Shown: positions 1 through 8,656 of the stretch, piece after piece
How positions within the stretch are numbered: the stretch's first letter is position 1
Layout: each line of letters opens with the position of its first letter
From: an uncultured Brevinema sp.
GTDB taxonomy: Bacteria; Spirochaetota; Brevinematia; Brevinematales; Brevinemataceae
Length of the DNA: 64,000 nt
NCBI GenBank assembly: GCA_947038195.1
Contig: CAMQVI010000004.1
Coordinates: forward strand, 886-64,885
Direction of reading: 5' to 3'
The notes under the pieces: generated by a model
Seen by the model: the letters and a program-made list of their open reading frames with translations, nothing else
Databases searched by the model: none
Told to the model about the DNA's origin: nothing
Program-made: the position numbers and the translations under genes

Positions 1-484
1 TGAGCTTTAATTCTAGCAAAAGTTCTTTGGAGGTGCCTAGGGCACCTTTTTGGGCGTATTGAGGGCTTTGTTTAACGGCTGTTTTAAAATGGATGTTACC
101 TTTACCGCCTCGGCCACCTTTAAGTACAATATATTCGTTAACACCATCTGATAAATCAACGATAACTTTTTTATTGCCTTCTGTGTCTATTTCGGATACA
201 ATAGTTCCTGGTGGTACTTCGAGGATGGTATCATGCCCTTGTTTTCCGTAACAAAGTCCTCCCATACCATCAGCACCGGGGAGAGCGCTGAATTTTTGTC
301 CGTTATGGAATTTAGCTAAGGTGTTGAGCTGGGGATTGACTTTAAAGATAACACTTCCACCATCTCCCCCATCTCCTCCGTCAGGCCCACCTTCAGCAAC
401 AAATTTTTCACGGCGAAAAGAGGCAGATCCATCTCCACCCTTACCTGAGCTCGTAACTATTTGTACTTCGTCTTTAAAAATCAT
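1..484 (-). CDS. obg: GTPase Obg/CgtA, N-terminal Obg-fold part only (gene continues beyond window start)
   Basis: Absent from the ORF track because it runs off the edge. Reverse translation from ATG at 484..482 gives MIFKDEVQIVTSSGKGGDGSASFRREKFVAEGGPDGGDGGDGGSVIFKV..., the glycine-rich Obg N-terminal signature. Confidence 0.85.
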   Translation of the reverse strand, partial: MIFKDEVQIVTSSGKGGDGSASFRREKFVAEGGPDGGDGGDGGSVIFKVNPQLNTLAKFHNGQKFSALPGADGMGGLCYGKQGHDTILEVPPGTIVSEIDTEGNKKVIVDLSDGVNEYIVLKGGRGGKGNIHFKTAVKQSPQYAQKGALGTSKELLLELKL

Positions 485-493
485 TGTATATCC

Positions 494-940
494 TTAATTA
501 TGTGTTCCCGTGCTACCAAATCCACCTTCACCTCTTTCTGTAATTGATAGTTCTTCAACAGGTGTGAATTGTGCCTGTAATACAGGGGCGATGACAGCTT
601 GAGCAATACGCATTTCTGGGCTAATCTCAAAATCCTTTCCACTTAGGTTTAGTAAAAGAATTTTAATCTCTCCTCTATAGTCAGCATCGATAGTACCTGG
701 CCCATTAGGGATGATTAGACCTTTAGAGGCTAAGCCACTACGAGCTCTAATCTGCATTTCATATCCACTAGGAATAGCTGAAGACAATCCTGTGGGGATC
801 ATGGCAACTTGACCGTGAGGAATTAATATAGCATTATCTAATAAGGCATATAAATCAGCTCCAGCAGAATCAGAAGTCTGATAGGTGGGTAATTTAGCCC
901 TTGGGTCTAATTTTTTTATTTCGATGGTTATTTGCTTCAT
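494..940 (-). CDS. dut: dUTP diphosphatase
   Basis: 148 aa. Trimeric dUTPase motifs AGADL, RSGLA, GTIDADYRGE and the C-terminal GGFGSTG. Confidence 0.93.
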   Translation of the reverse strand: MKQITIEIKKLDPRAKLPTYQTSDSAGADLYALLDNAILIPHGQVAMIPTGLSSAIPSGYEMQIRARSGLASKGLIIPNGPGTIDADYRGEIKILLLNLSGKDFEISPEMRIAQAVIAPVLQAQFTPVEELSITERGEGGFGSTGTHN

Positions 941-1052
941 GGGGACTCCAATTTTATTTATTATACTCTATATTTCATAACATTTTCAAGGCATGTCATG
1001 AAGTCCTTTTTTCTTTTTTAGGGAAAAGCATTAAGGGGATTTCTTTATAAAT

Positions 1053-3539
1053 TTAAAGAGGTCTTTTCACTTTAAAGAATTTTTCTACACGAGTAAGAAT
1101 CTCTGTGGGGGACAGGTATAAAGAATTAGCGGGTTTGGCTGTTTCTACAAAGTTTTTTCCGTAGAAAGGTTTAGAAAAAATACGCCCATCTAAGACGAGT
1201 AAAATACCTCTATCTTTTTTAGAACGGATGAGTCGACCTATACCTTGTTTGTATTTAAGGACAGCTCTTGGAACTGAATATTCTGTAAAAGAATTTCTAC
1301 CTTCTTCTTCTATGAGACGACAGATGGCTTTAGTTAGAGGGTGGTAAGGACTGTCAAAAGGCAATTTATCGATGATTAATAATCTAAGATGATCCCCCTG
1401 CACGTCTACCCCTTCCCAAAAACTAGCTGTTCCAAAGAGAACACTATAGTCTTTAGCACGCATGGTATTGATGAGGTGCTCTCTAGAGTATTCTCCTTGT
1501 TTAAGGGGATGTAGTCCAGCACTATAGAAATCGTCGCCGAGTACTTCATAAGCCATATTCATAGCTTTACGAGAAGTGAAGAGCAATAAAGCTCCTCCCC
1601 CTGACATAAAGACAGCTTGACGGACTAAATCTAGTTTTTCTTGTTCTTGTTTTCCAGAGGAGAGAAATGATTCGTTTACAACGAGGACTGCCATTTGATT
1701 TTTGTAGTCAAAGGGGCTAGGAAGTACCGCAGAATCGATATTTTTTTCTTCTACATAGTTTAATCCTATACCATCTTTAAAGAAATCAAATTTTTTGTTT
1801 ATAGATAAGGTGGCAGAAGCAAAAATCGTGAAATCTTTAGGTCTGAAAATATGTCTTGCTAAGAAATCTCCGACACTAGCTGGCCCTGCTGAGAAAGTAA
1901 TAGCATTGCCCATCAGTTCCATTTGTTTTACGGCAACAGCATCGGCGTCTAAATTGTTGAAGATTTTTTCGAAAGTTTGTCTCATGTCGTGGAGTGCAGT
2001 GTTATGAATGGCTATCACTTTTAAGATTTCTAATATACGGGCATCAGGGATCGCTTCTTCTGTTTTTTCTATGAGCTTGGTGGTATTTACTTCGATTCGG
2101 CGAATCTCGTCAAATAAAGTACTTAATAAATTTTTGGCAGCTTTCCAATGGGGAGTATTGAGAATTTCTTGATTGATTTCTGTTGATAATTCTACTTTTC
2201 CATGGAGTATATCTCTAAATTGTGATTCTCTGTCTTTTAAGCTCTGAGAAAGAGATAGAATACCATTAGATATGGTCGCAAAAATATCGGATAATTCAGG
2301 GAAACGATCGAGGGCAGATCTATCTCTTAGAAGACCTAATTGTCCAAAAAATCTATCTCCTTTTTGTCTATAAAGACGAGAGAAACGCCAAACAATAGAG
2401 CCAAAAGAAAAACTTTCTGCCATTGATTGTAAGGTAATATTCGATAAGGAGTGTGCCTCATCCAGTACTAAACCAGAGAAATGAGGTATAGTAGGCATAA
2501 AACCATTCTCGTCGTCAATAGCAGCAAGGAGTAAAGCGTGATTCCCTATTAAAATATGAGAAGCTTCTGCAGTCATTCGTGCTTTATAATAAAAACACTC
2601 TGTATAGAAGGGGCATTCTTTTCTAGGGCAATTAGGGGTAGCTGCAGATATTTCTTCCCATAGATCATTGGAGATACGTTCTGGGATTTCGGCACGAAGT
2701 CCTTCTGTAGTGTTTTCAGCCCACGTGTTGATAAGTTCTATTTGGTTAGCTATGCTGGAAGGGTTGTCAAATAGGGATAAGGTTTTGTCTTCTTCTGTTT
2801 GTAATTCGTGAAGATTTTTAGGACAGAGATAATTAGCACGTCCTACAAGAACAGCAAAACGAGGTCTTATCCCTGTAACTCTTTCTACTATAGTAGATAC
2901 TAATTCGGCATCTTTTTGAGCAATTTGATTTTGGAGATTGATGGTGTGAGTCGTTACAAAAACTCTTTTTTCAGATTGTACTGCCCACAAGGCAGCAGGA
3001 ATAAGATAGGCTAAGGATTTACCCGTACCTGTACCAGCTTCTGCCATAAGAATTTGGTCTTCGTTAATGGCGTGGACGATTTTTTGAACTAACATTTCTT
3101 GCTCTTTTCTTTCTTCGTACATACCCATATATTCTGCTAAAAGCCCTTTTTCTTGGAAAAGTCCTACCACTTGATTTTCGGAGAGAAAAACACGAGGTTT
3201 AGGCTTGTAGACGATATTGACTTCAGAACAATCGTTATTAATAATGTAAAAACCTAGTTTTCTAGTAGCAAGGAGGGATGCAATATTGATGTCGGGATTG
3301 GAGGCTCTAAGATCCCCTGATGGGTGATTGTGGATTACGAGATCGCCTTTTAAGCCTTCTGCTAAAGGGGCTGGGACGGATTCTTCGTTGCCGAAGGCAA
3401 TAGCTTCAAACTCAGAAACAATACCCTCTTTATCTACCCAAGCCACAAAAAAAACTTCATCTCCATGATGACTTTCTATAATTTGAGCGATTTCACGTGC
3501 AATATTAGGATGAAATAAGCTAGAAGTGTCTTGATACAC
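1053..3539 (-). CDS. dinG: DinG/XPD-family FeS DNA helicase with N-terminal RadC-like JAB (MPN) domain
   Basis: Walker A AGTGTGKS, DEAH box VLDEAHS, Cys cluster YLCP...NCPRKECPFYTEC. The first ~115 aa carry IHNHPSGDLRASNPD (HNHPSG..S..D). Confidence 0.85.
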   Translation of the reverse strand: MYQDTSSLFHPNIAREIAQIIESHHGDEVFFVAWVDKEGIVSEFEAIAFGNEESVPAPLAEGLKGDLVIHNHPSGDLRASNPDINIASLLATRKLGFYIINNDCSEVNIVYKPKPRVFLSENQVVGLFQEKGLLAEYMGMYEERKEQEMLVQKIVHAINEDQILMAEAGTGTGKSLAYLIPAALWAVQSEKRVFVTTHTINLQNQIAQKDAELVSTIVERVTGIRPRFAVLVGRANYLCPKNLHELQTEEDKTLSLFDNPSSIANQIELINTWAENTTEGLRAEIPERISNDLWEEISAATPNCPRKECPFYTECFYYKARMTAEASHILIGNHALLLAAIDDENGFMPTIPHFSGLVLDEAHSLSNITLQSMAESFSFGSIVWRFSRLYRQKGDRFFGQLGLLRDRSALDRFPELSDIFATISNGILSLSQSLKDRESQFRDILHGKVELSTEINQEILNTPHWKAAKNLLSTLFDEIRRIEVNTTKLIEKTEEAIPDARILEILKVIAIHNTALHDMRQTFEKIFNNLDADAVAVKQMELMGNAITFSAGPASVGDFLARHIFRPKDFTIFASATLSINKKFDFFKDGIGLNYVEEKNIDSAVLPSPFDYKNQMAVLVVNESFLSSGKQEQEKLDLVRQAVFMSGGGALLLFTSRKAMNMAYEVLGDDFYSAGLHPLKQGEYSREHLINTMRAKDYSVLFGTASFWEGVDVQGDHLRLLIIDKLPFDSPYHPLTKAICRLIEEEGRNSFTEYSVPRAVLKYKQGIGRLIRSKKDRGILLVLDGRIFSKPFYGKNFVETAKPANSLYLSPTEILTRVEKFFKVKRPL

Positions 3540-3568
3540 TAAAACTCCTTTGATAATAAAAAAAAAGG

Positions 3569-3592
3569 GGAGAAGATTCTCCCCTTTTTCGT
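3569..3592. terminator. Bidirectional hairpin GGGGAGAAGATTCTCCCC flanked by A-run and T-run
   Basis: aaaaaaaaaggggagaagattctcccctttttcg, lying between the EAL/HDOD gene stop and the dinG start. Confidence 0.6.
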
Positions 3593-3601
3593 TTTTAAGG
3601 A

Positions 3602-4858
3602 TTAAAAATCGTCGGCTAATGTTTTGGAGAATTTGAGAGCCTCTAAAGATACTTCGTTGATAATATCTGGGGTAAGAGCAAAACGTTCAGAATGACTGTT
3701 AATAACATCTACATTACAGCATTCTATAGATTTAGTAAGACTTAAAAGCTCACCTAATTTTCCAGTGCCTTTAAGTAGGGCATCAGAAATAGATTCGGAT
3801 AGATGAAGTTCTTTAACAAGCTCTTCAATAGGGGTGTGTAATAAAGCATCACAGAGAGACAAAAGTCCAACTAAGAAAGCTTCATCTCTTAATTGTTTAG
3901 GAGCTTTAGAATCAGAGGACTTGAGGAGGAGCTCCATTGTTTTACCTCTTTGAGAAGCAGTAAGAAATAAAGGATCATTACGGAGACCAACCTCGCTTTC
4001 GCCATTACTTCTTTGGGAGTATAATAATAAAAGAAACCATTGGGATAAAGATCTAGTACCTAAAAGAGCTATCGCCTGCTTTATAGAGGTGATTTCTTGG
4101 ATAGGGGAAACACTAGAAGAGTTTACAATTTTTAAAAGAGATATAATAAGCTCTGGGTAGAGTTTTATAGTATGTTCTACTTCGTCAATAGAATTCCCTT
4201 GTTGGATAGCACGGATAACAGCTAAAATACCTTGTATGGATGGGCTGATAGCCTTCCCTTCAATAATATCAGGCTTGGTGAAAAAGTACCCTTGGAAATA
4301 CTGGTAGCCGAGATCCATGCATATTTGGAACATTTCTTGAGTTTCTACTTTTTCGGCTAAAAGGGCTACTTTGTAAGGTTTTAATAATGAAGTTTTTTTC
4401 TGCAAGTCTTCTAAAGTGGTGTCCATTACATCTACTTTAACAATCTGAACTTCTTTAAGGATAGGGTCCCAATGTTCTAATTGATCTTCGGTGATAATAA
4501 AATCATCCAAAGCAAAAACGTATGCTTGCTGTTTGAATTTTTTAATAAACCGAACTAACTCTTGGGAAGGTTCTTGTGTTTCAAGGATTTCTATAACAAA
4601 ACGTTTAGGGGGGATGAGATTTAATAATCCCAATCGAAGAATGTCTATCCCTATATTGACAAATCCTCTCTTATTCCCTAATACGTTGTCTACAGACATC
4701 ATGGATAGGGTGTTGGCCACAACGTTAGCAGTCGCCTCTGTGTCGCAGTTAATAGGACTATTGTCCGTAGAACGGAACAAAAGCTCGTAAGCGATAACTT
4801 CCTGTTCTCTGTTAAGAATAGATTGTCTGCCTAGTAAAATATTCATGTCTTTCCTCAT
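3602..4858 (-). CDS. EAL-domain plus HDOD-domain signalling protein (c-di-GMP related)
   Basis: EAL-family motifs YELLFR, LDDF, VKVD, AEKVET, QGYFFTKP. The C-terminal half is HDOD-like. Confidence 0.75.
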   Translation of the reverse strand: MRKDMNILLGRQSILNREQEVIAYELLFRSTDNSPINCDTEATANVVANTLSMMSVDNVLGNKRGFVNIGIDILRLGLLNLIPPKRFVIEILETQEPSQELVRFIKKFKQQAYVFALDDFIITEDQLEHWDPILKEVQIVKVDVMDTTLEDLQKKTSLLKPYKVALLAEKVETQEMFQICMDLGYQYFQGYFFTKPDIIEGKAISPSIQGILAVIRAIQQGNSIDEVEHTIKLYPELIISLLKIVNSSSVSPIQEITSIKQAIALLGTRSLSQWFLLLLYSQRSNGESEVGLRNDPLFLTASQRGKTMELLLKSSDSKAPKQLRDEAFLVGLLSLCDALLHTPIEELVKELHLSESISDALLKGTGKLGELLSLTKSIECCNVDVINSHSERFALTPDIINEVSLEALKFSKTLADDF

Positions 4859-5027
4859 TAATGGTTAATGATATTAATTATATATTATTTATTATAGATG
4901 AGATTTCTTTTTTTTTCAAGCCTTAATCCAAATATATTGTCTTTTATCTTTATTAAGTTTCAAAAAGAAATGACGATAAAAAGATAAGCCTATTTTTTAA
5001 AATAGTATGCCAGGAGCCAGTGAAATA

Positions 5028-5477
5028 ATGAAATTAAAAGTCCTCTTACCTTTTTTGTATCTTACGATTGCTTTCTTTGTAGCTTTTTTTATTTTTGGGA
5101 AACCAGGAATCTTATACAATATCTATCGCTCTAAAGAAGAAGTAAGATTGCTAGATACTGTTTGGAAATCTTATATTGAAATAGAAGAAATGACGAGAGA
5201 ATACTATAGATTGGTAGAAATGAAAACTCCAAATCAGGCTTTTTTAATTGAGCAAGGGCGAAAACTACAAGATGTTTTAGTATTTAAAATAGACGAAGAA
5301 AGAAAGGAAATCTATCCCCAAGATTTATTAATAGAACAAGAAAAAAAGCTCTTTTTCAGCATAGGTTTTATTGCTATAATAGTATTGTTATCAGGATATA
5401 TTGGCCTTTTTCTCATAACATATATTGCTAAAAAGAAAACACAAGCTCGCCAAGAGAATGAGGGATTTATAGAATGA
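5028..5477 (+). CDS. Small membrane protein (N- and C-terminal TM, central coiled-coil-like region), function unknown
   Basis: The track ORF starts at 5007. AGGAG at 5012..5016 favours the ATG at 5028 (MKLKVLLPFLYL...). 4-nt overlap with the next gene. Confidence 0.55.
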   Translation: MKLKVLLPFLYLTIAFFVAFFIFGKPGILYNIYRSKEEVRLLDTVWKSYIEIEEMTREYYRLVEMKTPNQAFLIEQGRKLQDVLVFKIDEERKEIYPQDLLIEQEKKLFFSIGFIAIIVLLSGYIGLFLITYIAKKKTQARQENEGFIE

Positions 5478-6502
5478 TTATATATAAATTATTTCGCTAT
5501 ATTATATTTTTATTATTATTAGGTACAACGGCTATGTATTTAATGAGACATACAGTAGAAATACCTTCTTTTTTGGGAAACTATTTTAGCATCTTAGATA
5601 AAGCACACCTTAGTATAAGAAAGAGCATGCTAGGCAATAGTGAAGAAATGCTCGCTCAAGATCTGCAAAAAGAAGGAGACAATCTAGTTTTATCATATCA
5701 GGAGTTGAGTGAAGATTTTTTTAATGACATTGGTTTAGAAACGGCTCTGTTTGCTGCCTTAGGGAGAAATTTTACAGATCTTCATTACATGATAGAAGCA
5801 TATTTAACGCATTATCCCGAATTTAAAGATGTCACTGTCTATGAAAACGACAACTTGATTTATAAGTACAACAGCTCAAAACGTCCTTCAGATTTTGCCT
5901 TGCGTTACAATAAAAATGTTTATGGAGAAAATTTAGTTTTAGAGATTGAGTATGATGCTACTATTTTACAAGATAGTGTTAATAAATTCACTCAAGCAAT
6001 TATAATAAAAAATCAAAACACTTTCTATTATAATCGTAAGGACAAATCAATAACCATACCTTTTCTCAATATGATAGAAGGGTATTATAATCCTATTGAT
6101 CCTGCTTCAAAATTACCCAATGGTAAAATGTTATACTCCTACAAACTAAACGATGAGTTTAGATTTCCCCTCACCCTTTTTATCGTTTCTGAAAATAAGA
6201 CGCAAGGGGTGGACTGGATCAATATGTTATGGGCTTTGATTTTTCCTGCTATATGGCTCGCTTTATTTTTTATGGACAGATTTTTATCCCATTTTATTTA
6301 CCAAAAAACTCAGATGCGTAAACAACATCAAGCGATGAGCCAAATGGCAAATTTCAAGGATGATAATCACGAAAAAGAAGATTCTTTAGCATGGCTAGAT
6401 AGATTTATTAAAATAGAAGAATTAACAGATAAAGAAATAGCTCATCAAGAGCAAGTAAATGAATTAATAAAAAAAAATAACAGAGGTTCTGAAGATCAAT
6501 GA
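5474..6502 (+). CDS. Membrane protein with extracytoplasmic domain between two TM segments, function unknown
   Basis: 342-aa ORF, start and stop both overlap neighbours by 4 nt. N-terminal TM plus TM at INMLWALIFPAIWLALFF. Confidence 0.55.
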   Translation: MIIYKLFRYIIFLLLLGTTAMYLMRHTVEIPSFLGNYFSILDKAHLSIRKSMLGNSEEMLAQDLQKEGDNLVLSYQELSEDFFNDIGLETALFAALGRNFTDLHYMIEAYLTHYPEFKDVTVYENDNLIYKYNSSKRPSDFALRYNKNVYGENLVLEIEYDATILQDSVNKFTQAIIIKNQNTFYYNRKDKSITIPFLNMIEGYYNPIDPASKLPNGKMLYSYKLNDEFRFPLTLFIVSENKTQGVDWINMLWALIFPAIWLALFFMDRFLSHFIYQKTQMRKQHQAMSQMANFKDDNHEKEDSLAWLDRFIKIEELTDKEIAHQEQVNELIKKNNRGSEDQ

Positions 6503-7251
6503 AGAGAATAGGTATTCTTTTGATAACACTTTTTGCTGTAAATAATCTTAGTTTTGCTTATGTCGTATCTTGGCGTTATAAACACGAGTCGTCTTTATTT
6601 CTTACCGATGTTAGAGGCTTGATCGAATCTAATTATTCTATGATGCCTGACCCAGATACCACAACACATTACTTGCGTATAGAAGATGTTGTTGCCCCAG
6701 AGGGGAATGATTTCGAACAACTTTTTGTAGAATTTACCAAAATACGTTTTAGCTCTCATATAGTTGTGAAAATATACGATACCTTCACGGACGAACAACT
6801 GGCAGAAATTACTTTTTATGAAAAAGGTTTGAAATCTTTAGGGAAATACGGAGCTTTATCGGATAGAGTGTATCTTGTCGTAGAATTATATGGCAAAGAT
6901 GTAGAATTACGGTCTGTGGGTTTTAATATTAATAAAAGTATTATTCTTGAAGAAGAAGAATTTAGGATTAGTGATAGTAGAATTTATGCAAAAAAAGACA
7001 ATCTTCATATCAGCCTTTCTTTATCTGAGGAAGCAGAGGTTTCTCTTTATCTCTATACGGGTGAAGGGGGCTTAGAAGAGCGAATTCTTAGTAAGGAAGT
7101 TTTGGGGGTAGGGGACTATGAATTTCAGTGGGATCCTCTCGAATCAGATGATATCCCTACAGAAGGGTCTCCCTATTATGTATGGATAAGGGCAATAAAT
7201 TTACGTTCTTCCCCTGTAGAATATATTAGGGAATTTTACCTCATCCCTTAA
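6499..7251 (+). CDS. Secreted protein with C-terminal FlgD-Ig-like beta-sandwich region, function unknown
   Basis: Signal peptide MKRIGILLITLFAVNNLSFA. The C-terminal EVSLYLYTGEGG...GDYEFQWD...YYVWIRA resembles FlgD-Ig-like folds (weak). Confidence 0.5.
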   Translation: MKRIGILLITLFAVNNLSFAYVVSWRYKHESSLFLTDVRGLIESNYSMMPDPDTTTHYLRIEDVVAPEGNDFEQLFVEFTKIRFSSHIVVKIYDTFTDEQLAEITFYEKGLKSLGKYGALSDRVYLVVELYGKDVELRSVGFNINKSIILEEEEFRISDSRIYAKKDNLHISLSLSEEAEVSLYLYTGEGGLEERILSKEVLGVGDYEFQWDPLESDDIPTEGSPYYVWIRAINLRSSPVEYIREFYLIP

Positions 7252-7295
7252 AATATTTAGAAAATAATAGTTCATCTCTAAAAAGGTACTAAATA

Positions 7296-8165
7296 ATGCA
7301 AGAATTAATCTTATTCTTAGAACGTTTATATTACGAAAAAAACTATTCTCCCCATACGATAAAAGCTTATAAAGAAGATATTAGTTTATTTCTCTTATTT
7401 TTAGATGAACAGAATCTTCGCTTCGAGGAAGTATCCCCTTATTTTGTAACGACATGGCTGGAACATTTGGAAAAATTCAATCTCTCCCCTAAAACTCTAT
7501 CAAGAAGATTGAGTTCTCTGAGGAGTTTTTTTAATTTTCTTTGTCTTAAAAAGATCCTTAACAAAAACCCATTTTTATTATTCACTTCTCCTAAAATGAG
7601 CAAAAAAATTCCTAGCACTTTAAGTGTTAAAGAAATTAATCATGTTTTTGATAGTATGCCCATAGATACTATTTTAGAAAGACGAAATAGACATATATTA
7701 ATGTTTTTATATATGACGGGGATCCGCTCTGAAGAATTGTGCAATCTTCAATGTGAGGGTGTTTTGTGGAGCCAAAATCTTTTAAGGGTTATGGGAAAGG
7801 GAAGTAAAGAACGATTGGTCCCTCTTATCCCCTTAGCTAAAGATATTTTAACTCAATGGCTTATAGATAGAAAAGAGTTGGATAAAAAAAATTCCAATGC
7901 ACTTTTTATATCCCAAAATGGAAATCCTCTCACAACTTCAATGATAAGAAAAATAGTAAGCTCTATTAAACCTCATATATCTAAAGGTTTTCACCCCCAC
8001 GCATTTCGTTATACTTTTGCCTCTCAACTTTTAGAGTCAGGAGCTAATCTTCGCCATATCCAAGAGTTATTAGGTCACGCTAATCTATCTGTAACACAGC
8101 GTTATACAAAACTTTCTATTAAAGATTTGAAAAACAAGTATCAGCAATTTCATCCCCACGCTTAA
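7296..8165 (+). CDS. xerD: Tyrosine site-specific recombinase, XerC/XerD type
   Basis: 289 aa. Catalytic box HPHAFRYTFASQLLESGANLRHIQELLGHANLSVTQRYT, plus an N-terminal SAM-like core-binding domain. Confidence 0.85.
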   Translation: MQELILFLERLYYEKNYSPHTIKAYKEDISLFLLFLDEQNLRFEEVSPYFVTTWLEHLEKFNLSPKTLSRRLSSLRSFFNFLCLKKILNKNPFLLFTSPKMSKKIPSTLSVKEINHVFDSMPIDTILERRNRHILMFLYMTGIRSEELCNLQCEGVLWSQNLLRVMGKGSKERLVPLIPLAKDILTQWLIDRKELDKKNSNALFISQNGNPLTTSMIRKIVSSIKPHISKGFHPHAFRYTFASQLLESGANLRHIQELLGHANLSVTQRYTKLSIKDLKNKYQQFHPHA

Positions 8166-8221
8166 TTTTTTTACTATTTTTCATTTTTTTCACATATATT
8201 TCGAATCTAATATTTTTCTAC

Positions 8222-8250
8222 TTGACTTTTATTGTATATAATTCTATAAT
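8222..8250 (+). promoter_or_regulatory. Sigma70-type promoter TTGACT-17-TATAAT
   Basis: TTGACT at 8222..8227, 17-nt spacer, TATAAT at 8245..8250. About 60 nt upstream of the STAS gene. Confidence 0.55.
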
Positions 8251-8310
8251 ATTTATAGATAATTGTACAGAAATTGTTTTATAATTTATACAGAATCGTA
8301 GGAGTATGCA

Positions 8311-8634
8311 GTGAAATATACAAGCTCAAGTCATGGTCAATATTGTGTTATTAGAGTAGAAGAAAATTTAGTAAATGACCCTGTCGCTAATGAATTCAAA
8401 CAAGTAATTTACGATCTTATGGATAAAGGTGAAAAATTTATTGCCATTGATTGTTCAGAGATGCAGTTTATTGGTAGTTCTGGAATAGGAAAACTTTTAT
8501 TAGCCTATAAAAGAATTACAGACCTCGGTGGAAAAATCGCCGTAATAAATCTTCACCCTGAAATGAAAGACTTATTTATTGCTTTTAAATTGCAAGAGTT
8601 TTTAGTAATTTGTGATTCTTTGGACGATTTATAA
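8311..8634 (+). CDS. STAS-domain anti-sigma-factor antagonist (SpoIIAA/RsbV-like)
   Basis: 107 aa, GTG start after AGGAG. DCSEMQFIGSSGIGKLL contains the conserved phosphorylatable Ser context. Confidence 0.8.
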   Translation: MKYTSSSHGQYCVIRVEENLVNDPVANEFKQVIYDLMDKGEKFIAIDCSEMQFIGSSGIGKLLLAYKRITDLGGKIAVINLHPEMKDLFIAFKLQEFLVICDSLDDL

Positions 8635-8656
8635 TCTTTGTATTTAGGGCTAACAA

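Noticed and set aside
1795-4790. Plus-strand ORFs 1795..2007 and 4491..4790
   Set aside because: Antisense ORFs within the DinG and EAL/HDOD genes, with no independent support.
7296-8165. Tyrosine recombinase as the integrase of a mobile element
   Set aside because: It has XerC/D-type length and motifs. I saw no flanking phage or plasmid genes, no adjacent tRNA and no direct repeats. Housekeeping chromosome-dimer resolution is more likely.
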